From positions 1-18,632 of the forward strand of contig JBHIAH010000050.1 of NCBI GenBank assembly GCA_046758505.1: a stretch of 18,632 nucleotides of DNA, read 5' to 3'. Every line of letters starts with the position of its first letter. Position 1 is the first letter of the stretch. This DNA comes from Candidatus Methylomirabilales bacterium (GTDB lineage: Bacteria > Methylomirabilota > Methylomirabilia > Methylomirabilales > CSP1-5). The translations under genes were made by a program, and so were the position numbers. Below the pieces are notes generated by a model. That model did no database searches. It was given only the letters and a program-made list of their open reading frames with translations, and had not been told where the DNA came from. Positions 1-7,260 of the stretch are shown piece after piece.

Positions 1-197
1 TTGGTGACGTTGGCCGCCTGCTTACCCTTCGGTCCTTCCACGATATCGAACTCAAGTGTCTGCCCCTCGGACAGGGTCCTGAATCCGTTGCCCTGGATCG
101 CCGAATAGTGCACAAAAACATCGTCGCCTTCCGGTCGCTCGATGAATCCGTAGCCCTTGGCATCGTTGAACCACTTCACGGTACCAGTGTATCGCAT
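1..197 (-). CDS. csp: Cold-shock protein (CspA family), 3' end truncated by window edge
   Basis: Not in the ORF track. Manual translation from ATG 197: [65 protein letters not shown], with RNP1 (KGYGFI) and RNP2 (VFVHY). SD AAGGAGG at ~209-215. Confidence 0.97.
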   Translation of the reverse strand, partial: MRYTGTVKWFNDAKGYGFIERPEGDDVFVHYSAIQGNGFRTLSEGQTLEFDIVEGPKGKQAANVT

Positions 198-249
198 GTG
201 CTTTTCTCCCTCCTTTCCATTGAGGATTCCCGGGCACCGCCGGGGGGTG

Positions 250-271
250 AGGTCCCGTCGCGACGGGACCT
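250..271. repeat. Perfect 22-bp palindrome in csp 5' leader
   Basis: aggtcccgtcg|cgacgggacct is self-complementary. Confidence 0.9.
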
Positions 272-280
272 GACGGCATT

Positions 281-318
281 AAAAAACCGCGAGGACTCTC
301 TATGAAGCCCTTGCGGTT
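281..318 (-). terminator. Terminator-like hairpin plus U-tract inside the csp leader (possible attenuator)
   Basis: Minus strand AACCGC-A-AGGGCT-TCATAGAG-AGTCCT-C-GCGGTT-TTTT: a stem with G-U pair and mismatch that ends in a 6-U run. Confidence 0.55.
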
Positions 319-356
319 CCGGTTTCCACAACAAGCCGATCACGAAAGCTCCACAT

Positions 357-385
357 AGTATACCCCTTCCCTCCCTTCTTGTCAA
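357..385 (-). promoter_or_regulatory. sigma70 promoter of csp
   Basis: Minus strand TTGACA (385-380), 17-nt spacer, TATACT (362-357). Predicted TSS ~350, giving a ~150-nt 5'UTR. Confidence 0.85.
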
Positions 386-726
386 GCCTTATTCTCTTCT
401 ACTGGACGTGTCTGCTCTTGACTCATCCTTTGAGGATCTGGGGTAATGGGGTCAAGTCGCTTGTTGGCTGGACTTCGCTCCTCTACGCAGCACGCAAGAC
501 CGGACGGTGGAACGGCATGACCGTCGCCGCCCTCCACCTCCTCATGCAGTGGGCCTGCGTTCAGAGAAATTGGGGTCGGGGTCGATTGTTTGAAGACGAC
601 ACGCCGGCAGCGGTGCTTCTTGAGACGCGCTATCCGGAGCGAGACGGAAACAAACAGCCCCGAGAACGTGGAGCCCTCACGGCCAGCGATTGGGCACGCG
701 GCTACTCGCCTGACACGGGCGTGCTT

Positions 727-1761
727 TCACTGTTGAGAAGCCACCGCTTGCTTATCCTGCAGTGTCTTCAGATAGCCGAACCCAACCAACTTACGTTGTT
801 CTTCGTCCCACAGGCGAAACCCAAGCGATTGCATGCTCGCCAGTAAAGTAATCGACTTCACTTCTTGAAACATGGGATTCTCATTGTGGCACCTTTTGAG
901 GTAATAATTGGGGATGCGGGGGCTCAGATGATGCACGTGATGGAACCCGATGTTGCCCGTGAACCACTGCAAAACCTTGGGCAATTTATAAAATGAACTC
1001 CCCTCTAAGGCCACGCTCACGTAATCCCAATCTTCGTGGCGCTCCCAGTAGACTCCTTCGTACTGGTGCTGCACGTAAAACAGCCACACCCCAGCCGCGC
1101 TTGCAATCACGAAAATGGGTGCCTGTACCAATACGAATGCCTTGATACCAATGGTGACACTCATCAAGGCCAGAATGCTAATAATCGTCAGATTGGTCCA
1201 ATACACGCTGTGGCGTTCTCGCTTACTGGCTGTGCGCGACGCAAAGCGTTGCCGAATCAGGAAAAGGAAAAGCGGTCCAAGAAGAAACATGACCAGCGGG
1301 TTACGGTAAAGCCGATACCTCAGTCGATCCTTAGGCGACAATTCCACATATTCTTTCACGGTCAGCGTCCAGATATCCCCAATCCCCCGTCGGTCCAAAT
1401 CGCCAGCGGTCGCGTGGTGCACCGCATGTTCGTGTCGCCAGCCATGATAGGGCGTAAAAGTTAAAACACCGGTAATGAATCCCAAAATGTCATTGGCTTT
1501 CTGAGATCTGAAAAAGGCGCCGTGTCCACAGTCGTGAAAAATGATAAAGATGCGTGTCAAAAAGCCTGCTGCGAGAACCGACAGCGCCAGCGTCAACCAA
1601 TACGAGACTGCCAGGCTGCGATACATCACATACCACAGAACGAAATAGGGGATGAATGTGTTGACAGCCTGCCACAGACTGCGCCGCAGATCTGGATTCT
1701 CATATTTGGCCACAGCCTGCGGCCAGGATGACTTTTTCGATGCGGGTTTATTTGATGTCAG
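727..1761 (-). CDS. des: Membrane-bound acyl-lipid fatty acid desaturase (Bacillus Des-like)
   Basis: His boxes HDCGH, HAVHH and HHVHH. Segments such as RIFIIFHDC, LYRNP, GVWLFYVQH, GSSFYKLPK.LQW.TGNIG.HHVHHLSP and FRLWDE match my recollection of B. subtilis Des. First canonical start is GTG 1713, but the frame is open upstream and SD GGAGG (1771-1775) precedes ATT 1764/CTG 1761, so the start is uncertain. Confidence 0.92.
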   Translation of the reverse strand: MTSNKPASKKSSWPQAVAKYENPDLRRSLWQAVNTFIPYFVLWYVMYRSLAVSYWLTLALSVLAAGFLTRIFIIFHDCGHGAFFRSQKANDILGFITGVLTFTPYHGWRHEHAVHHATAGDLDRRGIGDIWTLTVKEYVELSPKDRLRYRLYRNPLVMFLLGPLFLFLIRQRFASRTASKRERHSVYWTNLTIISILALMSVTIGIKAFVLVQAPIFVIASAAGVWLFYVQHQYEGVYWERHEDWDYVSVALEGSSFYKLPKVLQWFTGNIGFHHVHHLSPRIPNYYLKRCHNENPMFQEVKSITLLASMQSLGFRLWDEEQRKLVGFGYLKTLQDKQAVASQQ

Positions 1762-1821
1762 AATTGAATTCCTCCCTTCTCTCCCCGAAATAGATGGTCT
1801 GGTGTTCCAATTGATGTCGCA

Positions 1822-2010
1822 TTACTTGATGAGCTGCACCCCACAATCGCTGCAGTACTTGTTCCTGGGCCGCCGGCTCTTCGCATGATCTTCCTCGGTG
1901 CACTTCTTGACGCCAAGGTTCGCGTTGACCACTTTGCCACACTCAATGCAGGAACGGACCGGAGGGTTCGACCGCCCGTGATTCAGGTTTGGACACCTTC
2001 CTCGCTGCAG
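1822..2010 (-). CDS. Small putative double zinc-finger/zinc-ribbon protein (2 x C-x4-H-x9/10-C-x2-C-G)
   Basis: C-terminal part of ORF 1822..2145: RCPNLNHGRSNPPVRSCIECGKVV...KCTEEDHAKSRRPRNKYCSDCGVQLIK. Start is either CTG 2010 (SD GGGGAG, 7-nt spacing) or ATG 2145 (no SD). Confidence 0.6.
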   Translation of the reverse strand: MQRGRCPNLNHGRSNPPVRSCIECGKVVNANLGVKKCTEEDHAKSRRPRNKYCSDCGVQLIK

Positions 2011-2230
2011 TCGGGTGCTCCCCGCTCGAATCGACCTATCAGAATGCCTGTATGGCTCTCTGAAACTACTGCAGCTCGAACAGTGCGAAAAAAAGGTGTT
2101 TGTCCTCGCGTGTTCTCGGGAGAGGGGATGGGCATCGGAATGCATGGAAGCGCGAAGGGGTCGACCAGGTAAGACCGAGCAGGATCTGGCCTGAAACCCA
2201 ACATGCGGCCGAGGTCCGGCACGACACGAG

Positions 2231-2255
2231 CCCCGAGCCCTGGGAGATCTCGGGG
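2231..2255 (-). terminator. GC-rich hairpin downstream of rplQ with no U-tract on the sense strand
   Basis: CCCCGAG-N11-CTCGGGG about 20 nt after the rplQ stop, followed by CTCGTGT rather than poly-U. Confidence 0.35.
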
Positions 2256-2274
2256 GGTCTTCTGTTTGGCGCCC

Positions 2275-2706
2275 TCAGCGGGCGGCGGCTTCTTTCGCCT
2301 TCTTTTTCTTCTCTTTCTTGCCGCGCTTGGCCCCCCCTTCAGGGCTCACCTCGGTCGCCAGCAGTTCGACGGCCGCCAGGGGGGCCCCATCGCCCATCCG
2401 ATACTCGAGCTTGGTGATCCGCGTGTATCCCCCGTTCCGCCCCTGATACCGCTCCCCGATGGTCTCAAAGAGCTTCTTCAAGACCCGTTCGTCCTGAATG
2501 ACCTCTGCCGCCTGCCGGCGGGCATGGAGATCTTTCCGCTTGGCCAGCGTGATCATCCACTCCGCGACCTTCCGAAGCTCCTTGGCCTTGGCGGCGGTCG
2601 TGATGATCTTCTCGTAGAGGAGCAGAGACGTCGTCAGGTTGCGGAGGAGGGCCTCCCGATGGGCTGAGGTTCGCCCGAGCTTCCTTTTCAGCCTGCGGTG
2701 CCGCAT
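2275..2706 (-). CDS. rplQ: 50S ribosomal protein L17
   Basis: [30 protein letters not shown]; Lys-rich C-terminal tail; follows rpoA. Confidence 0.99.
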   Translation of the reverse strand: MRHRRLKRKLGRTSAHREALLRNLTTSLLLYEKIITTAAKAKELRKVAEWMITLAKRKDLHARRQAAEVIQDERVLKKLFETIGERYQGRNGGYTRITKLEYRMGDGAPLAAVELLATEVSPEGGAKRGKKEKKKKAKEAAAR

Positions 2707-2718
2707 CCGGCCTCCTCG

Positions 2719-3729
2719 TCACTTGTCATCGGCCTTCTTTTTGGCCGACCAGGGACCGCCGGGAATATCGTCAAGCTTCATCCCAAAATGAAGCTGCATT
2801 CCGGACAGGATCTCTTTAATCTCGTTCAAGGATTTGCGCCCGAAGTTCTTGGTCTTGAGCATCTCGGCCTCGGTCCTCTGGACCAGCTGCCAGAGGTACT
2901 GAATACTGGAGTTCTTGAGGCAGTTGGCCGAACGAACGGACAGCTCGAGTTCATCCACACTCCGGGTGAGGTATTCGATGAGCTGCTCTTTCTCCGCATC
3001 CACCACCCGCTCTTGCTCCTCCGGCTCTTCGTTAAAGATACTGAAGAGGCTGAGGTGGTCCTTGAGGATCCGCGCCGCGTGGACCACGGCCTCTTGCGGG
3101 AGGATGCTTCCATCGGTCCACACCTCGAGGATCAGCTTGTTGTAATCCGTGGCGTGACCCACCCGCGTATCTTCCACCCGGTAATTGACCCGGACGACGG
3201 GGGAGAAAACCGAATCGACGGGGATCACATCCACCGGGTGGTTTTCCCGCTTGTTCCGCTCCGCCGGCACGTAGCCCCGCCCCCTGCCTACCTCAATCTC
3301 CATCTCCAACTTGGCATCCTTGTCCAGGGTGGTGATGTACATATCGGGGTTCAGCACCTCGACATCGGCATCGGCCACAATCTGCGAGGCCCGGATCTCC
3401 CCCGGACCCGTGGCCTTCAGATGCAGGGATTTTGGCCCCTCCACCCCCATCTTGAGCCGCAGGGCCTTCACGTTCAGGATGAGATCCGTCACGTCCTCCT
3501 TGACGCCAGGGATCGTGGAAAACTCATGGTAGACCCCCGCGATCCGGACCGCTGTCACCGCCGCCCCCTCGAGGGAGGAGAGGAGAACCCGGCGCAGGGA
3601 GTTGCCCAGGGTCTGCCCGAATCCCCGTTCCAACGGCTCGGCGATGAACTTTCCATAGGTACTGGTCAGGGTCTCCAGTTCACAATCCAACCGTCTGGGC
3701 TTCTGGAAGCTTTTCACTTTCTGCAACAT
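2719..3729 (-). CDS. rpoA: DNA-directed RNA polymerase subunit alpha
   Basis: [25 protein letters not shown] and alpha-[30 protein letters not shown] 3729 chosen from SD GGAGG. Confidence 0.99.
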   Translation of the reverse strand: MLQKVKSFQKPRRLDCELETLTSTYGKFIAEPLERGFGQTLGNSLRRVLLSSLEGAAVTAVRIAGVYHEFSTIPGVKEDVTDLILNVKALRLKMGVEGPKSLHLKATGPGEIRASQIVADADVEVLNPDMYITTLDKDAKLEMEIEVGRGRGYVPAERNKRENHPVDVIPVDSVFSPVVRVNYRVEDTRVGHATDYNKLILEVWTDGSILPQEAVVHAARILKDHLSLFSIFNEEPEEQERVVDAEKEQLIEYLTRSVDELELSVRSANCLKNSSIQYLWQLVQRTEAEMLKTKNFGRKSLNEIKEILSGMQLHFGMKLDDIPGGPWSAKKKADDK

Positions 3730-3782
3730 CAACGACAACCTCCGTCTCCCCGTCCCCAGGGGGAATGCGGCGTTTCGCGCCG

Positions 3783-4412
3783 CTATTTGGAATACAAGGC
3801 CACCACCAACTGCTCTTGAACCGGGATGACGATATCCTCCCGGGCAGGCAGGGCCCGGACCAGACCCCGCATGGCCTGGGGATCCAGCTCGAGCCAGGAG
3901 GGGAGCTCCCGCTTCTTCGCCCCCTCCAAGGCCGCCTTGATCGCGAGGGACTCCCGGCTCTTCTCCGAAACCTGGACGTGGTCCCCGGACCGGACCAGAT
4001 AGGACGGAATGTCCACGCGCCGGCCGTTCACCACAAAGTGGCCATGCCTGACCATCTGTCGGGCCTCGGCCCGGGATGAGGAAAAGCCCAGACGGTAAAC
4101 CACATTTTCCAGCCGCCGCTCCAACAATCGGAGGAGATTTTCGCCGGTAATCCCCTTCTGTCGCTCAGCCATCTGGAAATAGTTCCGGAATTGCCGCTCC
4201 AGGACCCCGTAGATCCGTTTCATCTTCTGTTTTTCACGCAACTGCTGCCCGTAGTCCGTCACCTTCACCCGCCGCCGCTGTCCATGCGCTCCGGGGGGGT
4301 AGTTCCGCTTTTCAATGGCGCACTTGGGACTGAAGCATCGGTCCCCCTTGAGAAACAGCTTCAGCCCTTCGCGCCGGCACAGCTTACACACCGAACCGAT
4401 ATATCTCGCCAC
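3783..4412 (-). CDS. rpsD: 30S ribosomal protein S4 (Cys-containing form)
   Basis: [43 protein letters not shown]. Confidence 0.99.
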   Translation of the reverse strand: MARYIGSVCKLCRREGLKLFLKGDRCFSPKCAIEKRNYPPGAHGQRRRVKVTDYGQQLREKQKMKRIYGVLERQFRNYFQMAERQKGITGENLLRLLERRLENVVYRLGFSSSRAEARQMVRHGHFVVNGRRVDIPSYLVRSGDHVQVSEKSRESLAIKAALEGAKKRELPSWLELDPQAMRGLVRALPAREDIVIPVQEQLVVALYSK

Positions 4413-4427
4413 AGTCGCGGATCCTCC

Positions 4428-4832
4428 TCACACCCGGCGACGCTTTGGCGGCCGGCACCCATTGTGGGGGATCGGGGTCACATCTTTAATCGCCGTGACC
4501 TCGAGTCCCGCCGCCTGCAACGACCGGATGGCCGCCTCACGCCCAGATCCCGGGCCCTTCACGTAGACCTTCACCTCGCGCATCCCATGGGCAATGGCCT
4601 TCTGGGCCGCACTGTCCGCAGCGGTCTGCGCAGCAAAGGGGGTACTCTTTCTCGACCCCTTGAAGCCCACACTGCCGGCGCTCGACCAGCTCACCACATT
4701 CCCCCGGGGATCGGTAATCGTAATGATCGTGTTATTGAAGGTGGCCTGGACATGGGCGATCCCTTGCACGATGTTTTTCGCATCCCGCTTGGGGACCGCC
4801 CGCGGACCGCCTCGCCGCCGCGCTGTCGCCAT
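4428..4832 (-). CDS. rpsK: 30S ribosomal protein S11
   Basis: [47 protein letters not shown] 4832 after SD AAGGAGG. Confidence 0.99.
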   Translation of the reverse strand: MATARRRGGPRAVPKRDAKNIVQGIAHVQATFNNTIITITDPRGNVVSWSSAGSVGFKGSRKSTPFAAQTAADSAAQKAIAHGMREVKVYVKGPGSGREAAIRSLQAAGLEVTAIKDVTPIPHNGCRPPKRRRV

Positions 4833-4842
4833 AATCCCCTCC

Positions 4843-5214
4843 TTACCGCTTCCGCCGGGCCCCGACCGTTCGGCGAGGCCCCTTTCGGGTCCTGGCATTG
4901 GTGTGAGTGCGCTGACCCCGGACCGGGAGCCCCCGCCGATGCCTGAGGCCCCGATAGCAGCCGATGTCCATCAGCCGCTTGATGTTCATGCCCAGATCCC
5001 GACGAAGATCCCCCTCGACCTTGAACATTCCCTCGATCACCCGGCGGACTCGATTGACTTCGTCCTCGGTCAAGTTTTTCACCCGGACATCAGGACTGAC
5101 ATTGGCCTCACTGAGGATCTTCCGGGAGGACGAATTCCCGATCCCATAGATGTACGTGAGGGCCACTTCCAGCCGTTTCTCACGGGGAAGATCCACGCCC
5201 GCTATCCGCGCCAT
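4843..5214 (-). CDS. rpsM: 30S ribosomal protein S13
   Basis: [42 protein letters not shown] 5214 after SD GGAGGAG. Confidence 0.99.
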   Translation of the reverse strand: MARIAGVDLPREKRLEVALTYIYGIGNSSSRKILSEANVSPDVRVKNLTEDEVNRVRRVIEGMFKVEGDLRRDLGMNIKRLMDIGCYRGLRHRRGLPVRGQRTHTNARTRKGPRRTVGARRKR

Positions 5215-5223
5215 CTCTCCTCC

Positions 5224-5326
5224 GTCGACCGACGACCGATGACCGACGACCGAAGGTTCCAACCAATATGATCATCGGTCAACGGTGATCGGTCATCGAA
5301 ACTGTGAACTCTGAACCGTGAACCCG
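5224..5326. repeat. Heptamer tandem-inverted element (GACGACC x4 / GGTCATC x4) plus extra GAACYGT-like x4 arm
   Basis: gtcgacc gacgacc gatgacc gacgacc ... gatcatc ggtcaac ggtgatc ggtcatc, then gaaactgt gaactct gaaccgt gaacccg. Confidence 0.85.
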
Positions 5327-5327
5327 T

Positions 5328-5441
5328 CTAGCCTTGCCGTTGCTTGTGCCGTGGGTTCTCGCAGACGATCCGCACGACACCTTTCCGTTTGATCACCTTG
5401 CACTTCTCGCAGATTGGTTTCACCGACGCCCGCACCTTCAC
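5328..5441 (-). CDS. rpmJ: 50S ribosomal protein L36
   Basis: Not in the ORF track. Manual translation from [40 protein letters not shown] (37 aa). SD GGAGG at 5447-5451. Confidence 0.98.
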   Translation of the reverse strand: MKVRASVKPICEKCKVIKRKGVVRIVCENPRHKQRQG

Positions 5442-5450
5442 ACCAGCCTC

Positions 5451-5531
5451 CAGCAGTCAGCTATCAGCGGTCGACGATCAGACACCCTCATTCATTCAAG
5501 AAGCTGACGGCTGACCGCTGACTGCCGACAG
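5451..5531. repeat. Heptamer tandem-inverted element (CAGCNNT x4 / GCTGACN x4)
   Basis: cagcagt cagctat cagcggt cgacgat ... gctgacg gctgacc gctgact gccgaca. Confidence 0.85.
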
Positions 5532-5774
5532 CTATTTGTAGCGATAGATGATGCGACCCCGGCTCAGATCGTACGGGCTCAGCTCCACAATCACGCGATC
5601 CCCTGGCAAGATCCGGATGAAATGCATTCGCATTTTTCCGGAAATGTGGGCCAATACCCTGTGGCCCGTCTCGATCTCCACCCGAAACATGGCATTCGGG
5701 AGGGGCTCGACCACGGTCCCCTCGACCTCGATTGCCTCTTCCTTTTTTGTCTGTCCCGCGTCCTTCTTACGCAT
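5532..5774 (-). CDS. infA: Translation initiation factor IF-1
   Basis: [57 protein letters not shown] 5774 chosen as start. Confidence 0.98.
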   Translation of the reverse strand: MRKKDAGQTKKEEAIEVEGTVVEPLPNAMFRVEIETGHRVLAHISGKMRMHFIRILPGDRVIVELSPYDLSRGRIIYRYK

Positions 5775-5781
5775 TGGCGCG

Positions 5782-6603
5782 CTACCACCCATCCCCCGAT
5801 CCAGACAGGGTGAGGATCTCGGGGCCCTTCTCGGTGATGGCAACGGTGTGTTCGAAGTGGGCCGAGAGTGACCGATCCTGACTCACCGCCGTCCATCGAT
5901 CCTCGAGGATGGCCACCTCGTGCGTCCCCGCATTCACCATCGGTTCAATGGCTAACACCATGCCGGGTTTGAGGAGCGGCCCGTGGCCCGGTGGGCCAAA
6001 GTTGGGGATCTGGGGCTCTTCGTGCAGGGCCCTCCCGATCCCATGCCCCACGAAGATCCGCACCACCGAGTACCCATGAGACTCCACGTGACGCTGAATC
6101 GCATGGGATATATCCGTCAGATGATGCCCCGGCATGGCCTGGGCAATGCCGCCGTGCAGGGCCTCCTGGGTCACCTGGAGGAGGCGTCTCGCGTCGGGGG
6201 AGATTTCCCCTACGGGAACGGTAATCGCCCCATCCCCGTAATACCCCTCCACGATTGCCCCCAGGTCTAAACTCAGAATGTCTCCCTCTTGCAGCCGGCG
6301 CGCAGAGGGGAGACCGTGGACCACCTCCTCGTTCACCGAGGTGCACAGGGTGAAGGGATACCCCCGGTATCCCTTGAAGGCAGGCTCCGCCCCCCGCTCG
6401 AGGAGCAGGGCCTCGGCGAGGCGATCCAACTCCACGGTTTTCACTGCGGGCCGGCTCTCCTCCTTGAGAAGCACCAAGACCTCGGCCACGAGCTGGCTCG
6501 CCCGTCCTATACGCTCGACTTCCCACCACGCCTTGTACTCAATGGGACTGTGGAGCGGCAGCTTGGTGGTCTCGCCCCTCCAGTATGCTTGAGATTTGCG
6601 CAA
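5782..6603 (-). CDS. map: Type I methionine aminopeptidase
   Basis: [45 protein letters not shown]. Start uncertain (TTG 6603 overlaps adk by 65 nt). Confidence 0.97.
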   Translation of the reverse strand: MRKSQAYWRGETTKLPLHSPIEYKAWWEVERIGRASQLVAEVLVLLKEESRPAVKTVELDRLAEALLLERGAEPAFKGYRGYPFTLCTSVNEEVVHGLPSARRLQEGDILSLDLGAIVEGYYGDGAITVPVGEISPDARRLLQVTQEALHGGIAQAMPGHHLTDISHAIQRHVESHGYSVVRIFVGHGIGRALHEEPQIPNFGPPGHGPLLKPGMVLAIEPMVNAGTHEVAILEDRWTAVSQDRSLSAHFEHTVAITEKGPEILTLSGSGDGW

Positions 6604-7216
6604 AGATCTCCCCCGTCTCCCCCAGCCCGCGCACCCTTTTCAGCACCCCCTGGGCCTGATAATAGCCGATCAAGGGCTCGGTCTGCCTGCGATAGACCTC
6701 CAGGCGGCGGCGGATCGTCTCCTCCCGATCGTCCTCCCGCTGGATAAGGTCCCCGCCGCACGTGTCGCAGGTCGCCCGCGCCCGAGGCGGATGAAATTCC
6801 ACATGAAAGAGTTCCCCACAGGCCTTGCATGTCCGCCGCCCGGACAGGCGGCGGACCAGCTCCTCTTCCGACACATCCAGGTTCACGACGCGGGGGAGGG
6901 GAGCCTTCATCTGCTGGAGCATGCGCGTCAGCGCTTCGGCCTGTTCCAGCGTTCGGGGAAAACCGTCGAGGAGGTATCCGCCCCGGCAGTCAGGCTCGGC
7001 GAGACGGTCCCGGACGATGCCGATCACCACCTCATCCGGGACCAAGGCCCCCCGATCCATGTACGCCTTGGCCTCTCTCCCCAACGGTGTCCCGGCACCG
7101 ACAGCGGCGCGCAGAATATCCCCCGTCGAGATCTGCGGGATCCCATAGCGCTCGGCCAGCATTTTGGCCTGCGTCCCCTTCCCTGCCCCGGGCGGGCCCA
7201 AGAGGATGGCTCGCAT
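6539..7216 (-). CDS. adk: Adenylate kinase (Zn-binding LID)
   Basis: GPPGAGKGTQA, STGDILR, LDGFPRT, LID CKAC-x16-CDTC. ATG 7216 chosen as start. Confidence 0.99.
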   Translation of the reverse strand: MRAILLGPPGAGKGTQAKMLAERYGIPQISTGDILRAAVGAGTPLGREAKAYMDRGALVPDEVVIGIVRDRLAEPDCRGGYLLDGFPRTLEQAEALTRMLQQMKAPLPRVVNLDVSEEELVRRLSGRRTCKACGELFHVEFHPPRARATCDTCGGDLIQREDDREETIRRRLEVYRRQTEPLIGYYQAQGVLKRVRGLGETGEIFAQISSILEGRDHQAAAPQSH

Positions 7217-7260
7217 CCCTAATCTCTTATCATAGCGCACCTGGCACCCGTATTCAACCT

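Noticed and set aside
281..350. Known riboswitch (e.g. c-di-GMP, SAM) in the csp leader
   Set aside because: I could not match the conserved aptamer motifs by eye; only a generic stem plus U-tract is supported.
379..846. Plus-strand 155-aa ORF between csp and des
   Set aside because: Overlaps the csp promoter and des 3' end on the opposite strand, lacks an SD and has no recognisable motif. A decayed gene remnant cannot be excluded.
2062..2095. Possible promoter for zf-des (TTCGCA..TAGTTT on minus strand)
   Set aside because: Weak hexamer matches with a 15-nt spacer; insufficient support.
5224..5531. Repeat arrays as CRISPR
   Set aside because: Units are 7-8 nt, degenerate, contiguous and inverted. 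There are no 23-47-nt repeats with unique spacers and no cas genes.
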